Source of the DNA: an uncultured Sphingomicrobium sp.
GTDB lineage: Bacteria > Pseudomonadota > Alphaproteobacteria > Sphingomonadales > Sphingomonadaceae
Assembly: GCA_964243335.1 (NCBI GenBank)
Contig: CAXTED010000008.1
Span: forward strand, 49,099 to 113,098
Direction: 5' to 3'
Length of the DNA stretch: 64,000 bases
Both the position numbers and the translations under genes were made by a program. The stretch's first letter is position 1. Each line of letters starts with the position of its first letter. A model generated the notes under the pieces. The model did no database searches, was not told the DNA's origin, and saw only the letters and a list, made by a program, of their open reading frames with translations. Below are positions 39,790-48,827 of the stretch, piece after piece.

Positions 39790-39814
39790 GCAACCGGCGC
39801 GATGTGGCGGCGTT
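39790..39814 (+). promoter_or_regulatory. Candidate EcfG (general stress sigma)-type promoter GCAAC-N16-CGTT
   Basis: gcaac at 39790-39794 and cgtt at 39811-39814, with exact 16-nt spacing, 33 nt upstream of the ADH ATG. There is one mismatch to the GGAAC-N16-17-CGTT consensus. Confidence 0.3.
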
Positions 39815-39846
39815 CTATCTGGTAAGTCAATGCCGGGAGACGATGC

Positions 39847-40995
39847 ATGCGCGCGATGAACTACCGTGGACCGTACCGGGTGCGGGTGCAGGATAAGCCG
39901 ATGCCGAAGATCGAGCATCCCCGCGATGCGGTCGTAAAGGTGACGCGCAGCTGCATTTGCGGGTCGGACCTGCACCTGTATCACGGGATGGTCCCCGACA
40001 CGCGCATCGGCCAGACCTTCGGCCACGAGTTCACCGGCATCGTCGAGCAGGTCGGGCCAGAGGTGGAGAACCTCAAGGTCGGCGACCATGTGCTGGTGCC
40101 GTTCAACATCGCCTGCGGCCAGTGCCACTTCTGCAAGCAGGGATTGTTCGGCAATTGCCATGAGTCCAATCCGTCGGCCACGGCGGTGGGCGGCATCTTC
40201 GGCTATTCGCACACCGCGGGCGGGTTTGATGGCGGCCAGGCGGAATATGCGCGGGTGCCCTATGCCGACTTTGGTCCCACGATTATTCCCGACTGGATGG
40301 ACCCGGACGACGCGGTGCTGCTGACCGATGTGGTGCCGACCGGATATCAGGCGGCGGAGATGGCCGGTATCCAGCCGGGCGACACGGTGGTGGTGTTCGG
40401 CGCTGGTCCCGTGGGCATCATGGCGGCACGCAGCGCATGGCTGTTCGGCGCCGGCCGCGTGATCGTGATCGATCATATCGATTATCGGCTTGAGTTCGTT
40501 AAGACCTTTGGGCCGGCCGAGGTGTACAACTTCAAGGAACTCGACGACGTCGTCCTGTTCATGAAGAAGACGACCGACGGGCTGGGCGCCGACGTCGCGA
40601 TCGATGCCGTCGGCGCGGAAGCGACCGGGAGCATGCTTCAGACCATTCTTGGAAAGCGGCTGAAGATGGAAGCGGGATCCGCCATTGCGCTTCACTGGGC
40701 GATAAACTCGGTCAAGAAAGGCGGCGTGGTGTCGATCGTCGGGGTCTACGGACCGACCGGGAACATGGTGCCGGTGGGCAACATCGTGAACAAAGGACTG
40801 ACGGTTCGTGCCAATCAGGCGTCCGTGAAGCGGCTGCTGCCACGGCTGATCGAGCATATCAGGGTTGGGCACATCAACCCCAAAGCGATGATCACGCACC
40901 GCGTGCCGCTCGACGACATCGCGGATGCCTATCACCTGTTCTCGGACAAGCTCGATAATTGCATCAAGCCGGTGCTGCTGCCGAACGGCGCTTGA
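39847..40995 (+). CDS. Zinc-dependent alcohol/formaldehyde dehydrogenase-like oxidoreductase (MDR family)
   Basis: CICGSDLHLYHG, GHEFTG, structural-zinc CGQCHFCKQGLFGNC, and GAGPVGIMAA Rossmann text. Confidence 0.85.
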   Translation: MRAMNYRGPYRVRVQDKPMPKIEHPRDAVVKVTRSCICGSDLHLYHGMVPDTRIGQTFGHEFTGIVEQVGPEVENLKVGDHVLVPFNIACGQCHFCKQGLFGNCHESNPSATAVGGIFGYSHTAGGFDGGQAEYARVPYADFGPTIIPDWMDPDDAVLLTDVVPTGYQAAEMAGIQPGDTVVVFGAGPVGIMAARSAWLFGAGRVIVIDHIDYRLEFVKTFGPAEVYNFKELDDVVLFMKKTTDGLGADVAIDAVGAEATGSMLQTILGKRLKMEAGSAIALHWAINSVKKGGVVSIVGVYGPTGNMVPVGNIVNKGLTVRANQASVKRLLPRLIEHIRVGHINPKAMITHRVPLDDIADAYHLFSDKLDNCIKPVLLPNGA

Positions 40996-40997
40996 TC

Positions 40998-41555
40998 ATG
41001 GAAGGGAACAGCATGACCGAAACACCTCTGGTTCTTCGTCACGGAGGCGGCACGCCCAACCTTTTGCGCACGTCGTCGGGCGAAGTCGATACGTCGACGA
41101 TCGTCGGGTGGGGCGTCGATGCCGATCCGCGCAACGACCCGACCTATCCCTATCGGGACCGGTCGAAGGAAGACCATAGTGGCGAATGGGTCCGGCCCGC
41201 GCAGCAGGTCCCAAGCGTCGAGATCCTGAAGTCGGTCGAGCATAAGCAGCTTCCAGCAGTGTTCGGCACGGCGAGTCCGCCCAAGTGGATCAGCGGCAGC
41301 ATGCGTCGGCTGGCGTTCCGCTGGACGGAGTCCAACTGGGCGCACTGGCTGTTGCTGATGGGTGCGGACCGGGTGAACATGGTCGAAGGCCTGGTCGAGG
41401 ATCTTTCGGAAGGTCGAATTCCGAATATCCCCAAGGAGATGGGCGTCCCTGCGGAGTGGCGGCACAACAAGACAGGGTTTGCCAAGAAGGTCGCCGTGGC
41501 GGCGGTGATCGGCGGAGCTTTGTTCGCCTGGTCGCGGTCGCGCAAGGACGATTAA
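40998..41555 (+). CDS. Conserved hypothetical protein with C-terminal TM anchor
   Basis: The ATG lies 3 nt after the ADH stop. 185 aa with a Trp-rich central segment (WTESNWAHWLLLMGADRVNMVEGLVEDL) and a C-terminal helix VAVAAVIGGALFAW. I cannot assign a family. Confidence 0.55.
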   Translation: MEGNSMTETPLVLRHGGGTPNLLRTSSGEVDTSTIVGWGVDADPRNDPTYPYRDRSKEDHSGEWVRPAQQVPSVEILKSVEHKQLPAVFGTASPPKWISGSMRRLAFRWTESNWAHWLLLMGADRVNMVEGLVEDLSEGRIPNIPKEMGVPAEWRHNKTGFAKKVAVAAVIGGALFAWSRSRKDD

Positions 41556-41727
41556 TTCGTTCGCTATGCTGCACTGCGAAGCGTAGGGTTCCTTCATCGT
41601 TGACGTGCCGCTCTCTCAGCGGACGATTTGAGACACCCATTGGTGTGCTCCGGCTGCGGTGGGGAAACGGGCATGTCTTCGGCGGTTTCTAAGTCTGTTT
41701 CGGTGCGCATTTCGTCTGGGCAGTGCC

Positions 41728-44289
41728 ATGCTCGCTAGGCCTCCGGTGGTGCCGGTCGATCTCACCAACTGCGATGCCGAGCCCATCCACGTCCCGGGGA
41801 CAATCCAGCCATTCGGGTTCCTGGTGGCGGTCTCGAGCGACTGGCTCATCACTCGCACCTCGACCAATATCGCGCTTTTCATGAACTCCGCTCCAGACGT
41901 TCTGCTCGGCAGCCCGCTGAGTGCTCTGTTTACATCGGACGCCGAACACGCCTTGCGCAACATGGCGACCAAGTTGCGCGGCGACGATGCGGTCGAGCGG
42001 ATGTTCGGCTTGTCATTGGCCGATGACGGACGATTGTTCGACATAGCGATCCATTACTCCGGCGCTTCCATGGTGATCGAAGCGGAGCCTGCGGCCGCCG
42101 ACACGGTCGATGCCGCCATGATCGTTCGATCCATGGTGGTGCGCATCGATCAGATCGCCGACCTGCCCAGCTTCCTGAAGGAGGGCGCGCGACAGGTCCG
42201 CGCCCTTACCGGCTTCGATCGGGTGATGGTCTATCGCTTCGATGCTGCCGGCAGCGGCGAAGTGGTCGCCGAAGCGCTGAACGGCAATGTCGGTAGCTTC
42301 CTTGGGTTGACCTATCCGGCAAGCGACATACCGGTTCAGGCGCGCGCTTTGTATCTGCGCAGCGTCTTCCGGATCATCGCCGACGTCGATGCGGTCGCCG
42401 TGCCGATCGTGCCAACACTCGACCTGCACGGCGAGCCACTCGACCAGTCGATGTCGGTGCTTCGCGCCGTGTCGCCGATCCACATCGAATATCTGCGCAA
42501 CATGGGCGTGCAGGCTTCGATGTCGATCTCGATCATTGTCGACGGCAAGCTGTGGGGGCTGTTTGCCTGCCACCACTACAGCCCACGCTTGCCCGCCTTT
42601 GCGCAGCGCACGGCGGCGGAGCTGCTTGGCCGAATGTTCTCGATGATGCTGGAAAGCCGTGAGCGGCGGATTTCGCGAGATTATGAAGTGAAGGCGCGCG
42701 CGCTAGCGGATGAGCTGATGACCTCTGCCGCTCGCGACAGGACGCGGCTGACCGATGCGGCGTGGTTCAGCGACATCATCTTCAAGGCTATCCCGGCGGA
42801 CGGCGTGGCGGCGCTCATCGAGGGCGAAGTGGTGATCACGGGTTCGGCGCCGGATGCCACGCAATTCAAGGTCATCGTCGAGCAACTCAACGCACTGCCG
42901 TCCAGCCGCATATTCTCGACGGACCGGATCGCCGCGATACTGCCGGAGGCGGCCGCTTACGGTCACGTCGCCGCGGGTATGTTGGCCATTCCCTTGTCCC
43001 GGTCCCCGCGAGACTATGTGGTCTTGTTTCGCAGCGAGCGCCTGCATTCGGTTCAGTGGGCAGGCAAGCCGGAGAAGAACTTCACGCCAGGCCCGAACGG
43101 GCCGAGGCTGACTCCGCGCAAGAGCTTCGAGCTCTGGTCCGAGTTGGTTCGCGGAAGCTCTGTGCCGTTCACTCCGGCCGAGTTGCAGGTTGCCGAAACG
43201 CTGCGCGTCGCCTTGCTCGAGGTCGTGCTGCAATTGTCCGATGCCGCAAGGCTGGATCGGGACCGGGCGGAGCAGCAGCAACAGCTGCTCGTCGGCGAGC
43301 TCAATCATCGCGTGCGCAACATATTGGCGCTGATCCGAGGACTTATCTCGCAGACAAGGGATAGTTCACTCTCGGCGGACGCATTCGTCGCGACCCTGGA
43401 CAGCCGGGTTCAGGCTCTCGCCCGGGCTCACGATCAGCTCACTGCGGAGCGGTGGGCACCAGCACGGTTGGTAGACCTCATCCTTACCGAGACCCACGCC
43501 TACCTTGGTGGCAAGCACGACCGCATCAAGTTGAGCGGTCCCAACGTGCTTATCGACCCCACGGCCTTCACGGCGCTTGCCCTGGTGCTGCACGAACTGG
43601 TGACCAACGCCGCGAAATACGGTTCGCTGACGGACAGTGGCAGCGTCAACCTGAGCTGGACGGTTGATAGCGACGGCTGTTTGTTGATCAGCTGGCGTGA
43701 AATCGGAGGGCCGCCGGTGACCTTGCCGACCCGCAGGGGATTCGGCTCGACGATCATCGAGCGATCGATTCCCCACGACCTTGGTGGACGCGTCGAGGTG
43801 TCTTACCCGCCGACCGGCTTCGAAGCAGACTTCTGTATACCAACGCGTTTTGTTGGCGAGCTCTTGCCGGAACCCCACATGGCTCAAGCCGGTCCAGTTG
43901 CGCCGGGGCCGACACGCCCGTTGGAGGGTTGCGTCGTTCTCCTGGTCGAGGACAGCATGCTGATCGCGCTCGATTGCGAGGATCGTCTGCGCGCGCTTGG
44001 AGCGCAGGACGTGTGCATGGCGCCGTCCGTCGAGCGGGCTCTGAAGCTGATCGATGAACGCGAGATCGCCTTTGCATTTCTCGATCTCAACCTGAACGGG
44101 GAGACCAGCGAAGAGATCGCGAAGGTGCTGATGGCTCGCGACATCCCGTTTGCCTTTGCAACCGGCTATAGCGACGCGCCCGACCTTGGCGGAACTCTGA
44201 CGCAGACCGTGGTTGTCCGTAAACCGTACGACACGGCCGGCCTGGCGGCGGCAGTCGAGGCAGTTCGAGCGGCAGCGGGCAAGGACTGA
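41728..44289 (+). CDS. bphP: Bacteriophytochrome photoreceptor: PAS2-GAF-PHY, HWE-type histidine kinase, C-terminal receiver
   Basis: Biliverdin-Cys context DLTNCDAEPIHVPGTIQPFGFLVAV. GAF text RVMVYRFD..GEVVAE and SVLRAVSPIHIEYLRNMGV. HWE kinase H-box ELNHRVRNILALIRGLISQT, plus HELVTNAAKYG and GFGSTIIE. REC text VLLVEDSMLIA..FLDLNL..ATGY. Confidence 0.9.
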   Translation: MLARPPVVPVDLTNCDAEPIHVPGTIQPFGFLVAVSSDWLITRTSTNIALFMNSAPDVLLGSPLSALFTSDAEHALRNMATKLRGDDAVERMFGLSLADDGRLFDIAIHYSGASMVIEAEPAAADTVDAAMIVRSMVVRIDQIADLPSFLKEGARQVRALTGFDRVMVYRFDAAGSGEVVAEALNGNVGSFLGLTYPASDIPVQARALYLRSVFRIIADVDAVAVPIVPTLDLHGEPLDQSMSVLRAVSPIHIEYLRNMGVQASMSISIIVDGKLWGLFACHHYSPRLPAFAQRTAAELLGRMFSMMLESRERRISRDYEVKARALADELMTSAARDRTRLTDAAWFSDIIFKAIPADGVAALIEGEVVITGSAPDATQFKVIVEQLNALPSSRIFSTDRIAAILPEAAAYGHVAAGMLAIPLSRSPRDYVVLFRSERLHSVQWAGKPEKNFTPGPNGPRLTPRKSFELWSELVRGSSVPFTPAELQVAETLRVALLEVVLQLSDAARLDRDRAEQQQQLLVGELNHRVRNILALIRGLISQTRDSSLSADAFVATLDSRVQALARAHDQLTAERWAPARLVDLILTETHAYLGGKHDRIKLSGPNVLIDPTAFTALALVLHELVTNAAKYGSLTDSGSVNLSWTVDSDGCLLISWREIGGPPVTLPTRRGFGSTIIERSIPHDLGGRVEVSYPPTGFEADFCIPTRFVGELLPEPHMAQAGPVAPGPTRPLEGCVVLLVEDSMLIALDCEDRLRALGAQDVCMAPSVERALKLIDEREIAFAFLDLNLNGETSEEIAKVLMARDIPFAFATGYSDAPDLGGTLTQTVVVRKPYDTAGLAAAVEAVRAAAGKD

Positions 44290-44804
44290 TGTCCGCCTCG
44301 GCCGAGTTGCGGGTGCGCACGGCGGAGGCGCATGCACGCGTCGACACCGCCTTCAGCGCGTACGATCTGAGCCACCGGGCGCAATATGCAGCTTTCCTGC
44401 TGGCGCATTCGCGCGCGTTGCCGGCAGCCGAGGAGTTGATCCGTAACAACTTAGCCCTCCCGCTTTCACGCCCGCGAACGCGCTTGCTGGAGCAGGACAT
44501 GAGGGCCTTGGATCAAGCTATGCCCGCTCGGCTGCCGTTCGGTTGCGCCGCAGGCGCGGCGGCTGCGTGGGGGATATTCTATGTCGTCGAGGGGTCGCGA
44601 CTGGGCGGGGGCATTCTGGCGAAGCGCGTCGGCGCGGATCTTCCGACCGCTTATCTTGGTGCACGGCATGAGCCGGGCGAGTGGAGCGCGATCCGCAAAG
44701 CCATCGACGCGGAGGCTTTACAGCACGATGCGGCGTGGATCGATGGTGCGGTCCTGGCGGCCGAAGCCTGCTTCGACCTTTATGAACGAAGCTGCCGCAG
44801 CTGA
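44289..44804 (+). CDS. bphO: Biliverdin-producing heme oxygenase (BphO-like)
   Basis: The ATG overlaps the bphP stop by 1 nt (TGATG). Text: LRVRTAEAHARVD..YAAFLLAH..WGIFYVVEGSRLGGGIL. Confidence 0.8.
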   Translation: MSASAELRVRTAEAHARVDTAFSAYDLSHRAQYAAFLLAHSRALPAAEELIRNNLALPLSRPRTRLLEQDMRALDQAMPARLPFGCAAGAAAAWGIFYVVEGSRLGGGILAKRVGADLPTAYLGARHEPGEWSAIRKAIDAEALQHDAAWIDGAVLAAEACFDLYERSCRS

Positions 44805-44873
44805 CCGTTCACCGAAGCACCTTGTGCATTGCAACAAGGCCTGAACTGGTGATGATAGCGGTTCTCCGGGGGG

Positions 44874-46858
44874 ATGTTCATGCGTTATCACAGACTTTCA
44901 ATTTCGTTGCTGCTCGCGTCCGCCACGCCAGCGTTCGCGTCGATCATGCCGCTCGACCAAGCCGCAAAGACATTCGGCGCTCGGCCGGCCGCGATTGCGG
45001 CCGATCTGTCTCCATCGGGCAATAAGGTCGTCTTTCTGTCGTCGGATGGCGGTGCCAAGACGACGGTCAAGGTTCTCGACCTGCTGACCGACAAGACGAA
45101 TCGCGTGATCACGCTGGACGGCAAACCGGAGAATCTGTCCTGGTGCGAATTTGCGACTGAAACCAAGATCGTGTGCCAATACGGTGGATACGTCCACTAC
45201 GGGAACGTCATCGCGCACGTTGGTCGGCTGGTGAGCATCGACCTTGATAAGAAGCAGGTCAGGCAGCTTGGCGTACGCGAAACCACACGCGACACAACTA
45301 TTCGCCAGGATGACGGAACGGTTCTCGACTGGTTGCCGGACGAGAACGATGGCTCGGTCTTGATGGCGCGCAACCACGTCGCCCAGACTGGCACAACCGG
45401 GACTATACTCGACAGAGACTCGTATGGCGGACTGGGCGTCGAGCGCGTCGACCTGTCCACGCTTCGCTCGAACCAGATCGAGCCACCGCGCGAGAACGCT
45501 TCCTTGTACATGACCGATGGTCGCGGCGCCGTGCGGTTGATGGGCATGGAAGTCGTCAGCGGCACTCAACTGACCGGTCGCACGAAATACAGTTACCGCA
45601 CTGTAGGCAGCAAGGTTTGGCGAGACCTTGGCGAGTCTGATGATCGAACGAGAACGGGCATGCAGCCGCTCGCGATCGACCGAGACAGCGGATCACTGTT
45701 CTACATGCAGAAACTCAATGGTCGGATGGCGCTATACTCGATCAAGCTCGATGGCAGCGGAACCACGAAGCTGATCGCCAAGAACGACAAGGTCGACCTG
45801 GACGGTATTGTGCGCCTGACCCGTGGATCGCCGGTGGTGGGTTATGCCTACAATGACGATCAACCGCGGGTGGAATACTTCGATCCCCAGCTCAAAGCGC
45901 TGGCTGCGTCGCTGGGACGAGCCTTGACCGATACGCCACTGATATCCTTCGCCGGAGCAACAAGCGACGGCGCCAAAATGCTGGTGCATGGCTCATCGGA
46001 CCGTAACCCAGGCATCTACTATCTGCTGGATCGCACCACCAAGCAGGCGCACGCAATCCTGCAAGCGCGGCCGGAACTGGAGAATGTGGCGGCGGCACCA
46101 GTGCGTTCGGTCACGTTCAAGGCGGCTGACGGGACGCAGGTGCCGGCGTATCTGACGATGACGCAAGACGGCGGCGCCACCAACCGACCGGCGATCGTGC
46201 TGCCTCATGGAGGCCCAAGCTCGCGAGACGAATGGGGCTTCGACTGGCTCACACAGTTCCTCGCCGCCCGGGGGTATGTCGTCATCCAGCCGCAGTGTGC
46301 GGCTCGTCCGGCTATGGCGACGACTTCATGGGCGAGAACGCGTTTCGCGATTGGCGAACAGCGATGAGCGACATACGCGACTCGGCCAACTATCTGGTTG
46401 CGCAGGGCATTGCCGATCCCAAGCGAATGGCCATTCTTGGCTGGTCTTATGGCGGTTATGCGGCATTGCAGTCCGGTGCGACCGACCCCGATCGTTACAA
46501 GGCCATCATTGCGATTGCGCCCGTGACCGATCTATCGGCGCTTCGCCGCGACGCCGAGGGGTTCACCAACGAAGACTTGACCAGAAGCTTCATCGGAACG
46601 GGAAGCAATTTGCAGGCCGGATCACCGCTCCACCAAGTGGCAGCAATCAAGGTTCCGGTGCTGCTGGTTCACGGCGACCTGGATGGCAATGTCCGCGTGG
46701 CGCACAGCCAAAGGATGGAAGCCGCGCTGAAGAAGGCGGGCAAGCCGGTCGAGTTCCTGCGCTATGCAGATCTTGAGCATCAGCTGGACGACAGCACGGC
46801 GCGGACCGAGATGCTTATCCGCATCGGCAATCTGCTGGACCGAACCATCGGGAAGTAA
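44874..46858 (+). pseudogene. S9-family prolyl oligopeptidase-type serine peptidase, disrupted by a frameshift near 46296-46300
   Basis: The frame-0 ORF (44874..46367) carries a signal peptide and the propeller domain up to ARGYVVIQPQ. Homology then continues in the other frame (46232..46858): GSSGYGDDFMGE..nucleophile GWSYGGYAAL..HGDLDGNV..H. Only 5 nt lie where 2 codons are needed. Confidence 0.8.
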
Positions 46859-46868
46859 GTGTCGCCGT

Positions 46869-47651
46869 TCAGGACCTCAGGGCAGCGGCGCAGCCTGCCA
46901 AGGCTGGAGAGCGGGTCACCAGCAGCGCGCCAGCTTTGTAGAGGCGCGCTGTAGCGCCGGGTTGGTCTAGCTCTACGGCCATGATGGTGGAGCGACCATT
47001 GATCCACATAACCGGAACCCCTGCGGAAACGGCCGCCATGTAGGCCACAGTGGGCGGTGTGTTGGATCCGAAAAGTACCACGGCCGTGCGGGAGTTGGGC
47101 ACCGGCAGGCTGGCGATCGGAGCTGCGACCAAAGCCAGCAGGGTAAGGAAAGTGGCGCCCGCGCGGCCCGACGCTTCGCCCCCGCTTGGCTTGGCGCGCA
47201 ACAGCAGCCAGCCGCCGACCATCGGTAATAGGCCAAGGATCGCCAGCCAGCCTACGTCGTAGGTCATGGGATCAGGCACGTTCACCCGAATGCGATGAAT
47301 ACCGAGGATCCAGTGGAACAGGCCGACATCGATCAGATTCCACAAGCCAAAGCCGAGCAGCCCGCCGCCCGCAACGGTTCGCCAGGTCACGTGACGATCC
47401 GCCAGTGTCTTTCGCCCGCGCCAGAGCAGATACAGGCCGATGGCGGTGACGATGTACATCAGCACATGGAACAGCCCGTCGGCGAGAATCTGTGTCTCGA
47501 TCTTCTGGATGTTGTCGCCGGGCACCAGGCTGAGCAGGTGATGCCATTGCAGCACCTGATGGAGCAGGATGCCATCGAAGAAGCCGCTTAGGCCAACTCC
47601 TATCACGGCGGAGGCAATGACGGCACGGCGATCGTGGGAGACGTCGGTCAT
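46869..47651 (-). CDS. DUF2243-domain membrane protein with extra C-terminal region
   Basis: GFFDGILLHQVLQWHHLLS..ADGLFHVLMYIV..GLFHWILGIHRIR, followed by about 90 extra residues. Confidence 0.7.
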   Translation of the reverse strand: MTDVSHDRRAVIASAVIGVGLSGFFDGILLHQVLQWHHLLSLVPGDNIQKIETQILADGLFHVLMYIVTAIGLYLLWRGRKTLADRHVTWRTVAGGGLLGFGLWNLIDVGLFHWILGIHRIRVNVPDPMTYDVGWLAILGLLPMVGGWLLLRAKPSGGEASGRAGATFLTLLALVAAPIASLPVPNSRTAVVLFGSNTPPTVAYMAAVSAGVPVMWINGRSTIMAVELDQPGATARLYKAGALLVTRSPALAGCAAALRS

Positions 47652-47677
47652 CTCTGCGGCCTCATCATTCGCTACTT

Positions 47678-47770
47678 ATCGCCACCCCGGCCTCGTGCGG
47701 GGTCCACCCTGCTCATTGCGTGCTGCGCCGAGGAACAAGGTGGACACCGGCGCGAAGCCGGGATGACGAT
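47678..47770. repeat. 93-bp imperfect palindromic (REP/MITE-like) element: two inverted units of about 37-38 bp around an 18-nt loop
   Basis: The left arm ATCGCCACCCCGGCCTCGTGCGGGGTCCACCCTGCTC aligns with the reverse complement of the right arm, ATCGTCATCCCGGCTTCGCGCCGGTGTCCACCTTGTTC, at roughly 80 percent identity. Each arm contains its own small hairpin. It is intergenic. Confidence 0.5.
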
Positions 47771-47861
47771 CAACCGGTCGAATTGAAAATCATTTCGGCC
47801 CGACAACGCCGGAGATTTGGCAGGGTTGCCTGCCGCAGCTTAGGCGCAAGGGCGCGGGCCT

Positions 47862-48686
47862 CTAATACGGTACTAGCAGCCCTTCGATCACGTGATGCTG
47901 GATGACTTGCTCAAGTTGGTCGACAATGCGGCCGTCGAGATGGTCGCGCACGATCGGCGGCAGCGCATCGAGATAGGCGCGGGTGACCTGCAGGTCGTGG
48001 TGCTCGGCGTTGCGAGCGTCGGGCGCGTCCACGCCGACGATCAGCACGGGCCGGGGCTGTTGCGAGCGATTGGCGGTGCCGCGGTGGATCGTCAGGGCCG
48101 AACGTACCGAGATATCGCCGCGGCGAGGCAGCTTCTGCACGGCGCGAGCCTGGTAGCGGGGCCACAAGGCGCGGTCGGGGAACATGCCGTCCTTGGCGTC
48201 GCGAATGTTGTCCCACTGCGTCCCGAGCGCGATCTCGAACGGGCCGTGTTCGGGCAAGGTGTCGATGGTGGTAACGTTGAAGGCGAGGCTGTTGAGGCGC
48301 CGGCCGCGCAGGGTCGCTTCGGGAGACTGGAAGTCGCGGTGCCATGGCTGATCCGCGGCGCCCGGGAAGGGAATGTCGAAGCCGACCTCGATGATGCGAT
48401 AGTCGGGGCCAAGCACCGCCTTGCACACGGCGACGAACCAGGGGTGCGTCGCGATGTCGACGAAGCCGCGAATCTTCTCCGGCGGGACTTCGACATAGAA
48501 GCGGTGTGGGCCGCGCGGCAGAGCGCCGCCAGGGATTGCCTTGGCTTCATCGAAGCAGCGCCAGATATCCTGCCCGAGAGCGTCCGCCCACTCGGGCGTG
48601 AAGGCGCCGGGGTGCGCAGTGATGCCGGGGCCGTAGAGGTCGCCCATGATGGCGGCGGCGTCATGATCGTACTGTTGCTGCGGCAT
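47862..48686 (-). CDS. Phytanoyl-CoA dioxygenase (PhyH) family Fe(II)/2-oxoglutarate oxygenase
   Basis: Start MPQQQYDHDAAAIM at 48686. It has the WHRDF (H-x-D) motif and distal His/Arg (LTIHRGTANRS). Confidence 0.8.
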   Translation of the reverse strand: MPQQQYDHDAAAIMGDLYGPGITAHPGAFTPEWADALGQDIWRCFDEAKAIPGGALPRGPHRFYVEVPPEKIRGFVDIATHPWFVAVCKAVLGPDYRIIEVGFDIPFPGAADQPWHRDFQSPEATLRGRRLNSLAFNVTTIDTLPEHGPFEIALGTQWDNIRDAKDGMFPDRALWPRYQARAVQKLPRRGDISVRSALTIHRGTANRSQQPRPVLIVGVDAPDARNAEHHDLQVTRAYLDALPPIVRDHLDGRIVDQLEQVIQHHVIEGLLVPY

Positions 48687-48790
48687 TGGTCTGGCGACTC
48701 CCCGTGCTTGCAGGTTGCACAGCAGCACTGGTCAAGGCTGGCTGCAAGGGCGCGGTGTCCTGTCGCGACCCGCCCTTGTTCGCCTCAAAT

Positions 48791-48824
48791 AATCGTCCCC
48801 TCCCGCGGACGGGAGGGGACGATT
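48791..48824 (-). terminator. 14-bp perfect GC-rich hairpin just downstream of the small ORF
   Basis: AATCGTCCCCTCCC-gcggac-GGGAGGGGACGATT starts 4 nt after the stop of the 46-aa ORF. The minus-strand RNA continues AUUUGAGG, a short U-tract. Confidence 0.6.
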
Positions 48825-48827
48825 AAC

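Noticed and set aside
39589-40935. 448-aa minus-strand ORF across the Zn-ADH gene
   Set aside because: It is antisense to a full-length MDR dehydrogenase with both zinc motifs, and it has shadow-ORF composition.
46296-46300. Programmed ribosomal frameshift in the S9 peptidase
   Set aside because: There is no slippery heptamer or downstream structure at the junction (..CAG TGT GCG GCT..). A one-base deletion explains it.
47819-47834. GGCAGG-GTTG-CCTGCC hairpin as the PhyH terminator
   Set aside because: It is a 6-bp stem without a U-tract in the transcribed orientation, which is too weak to call as a feature.
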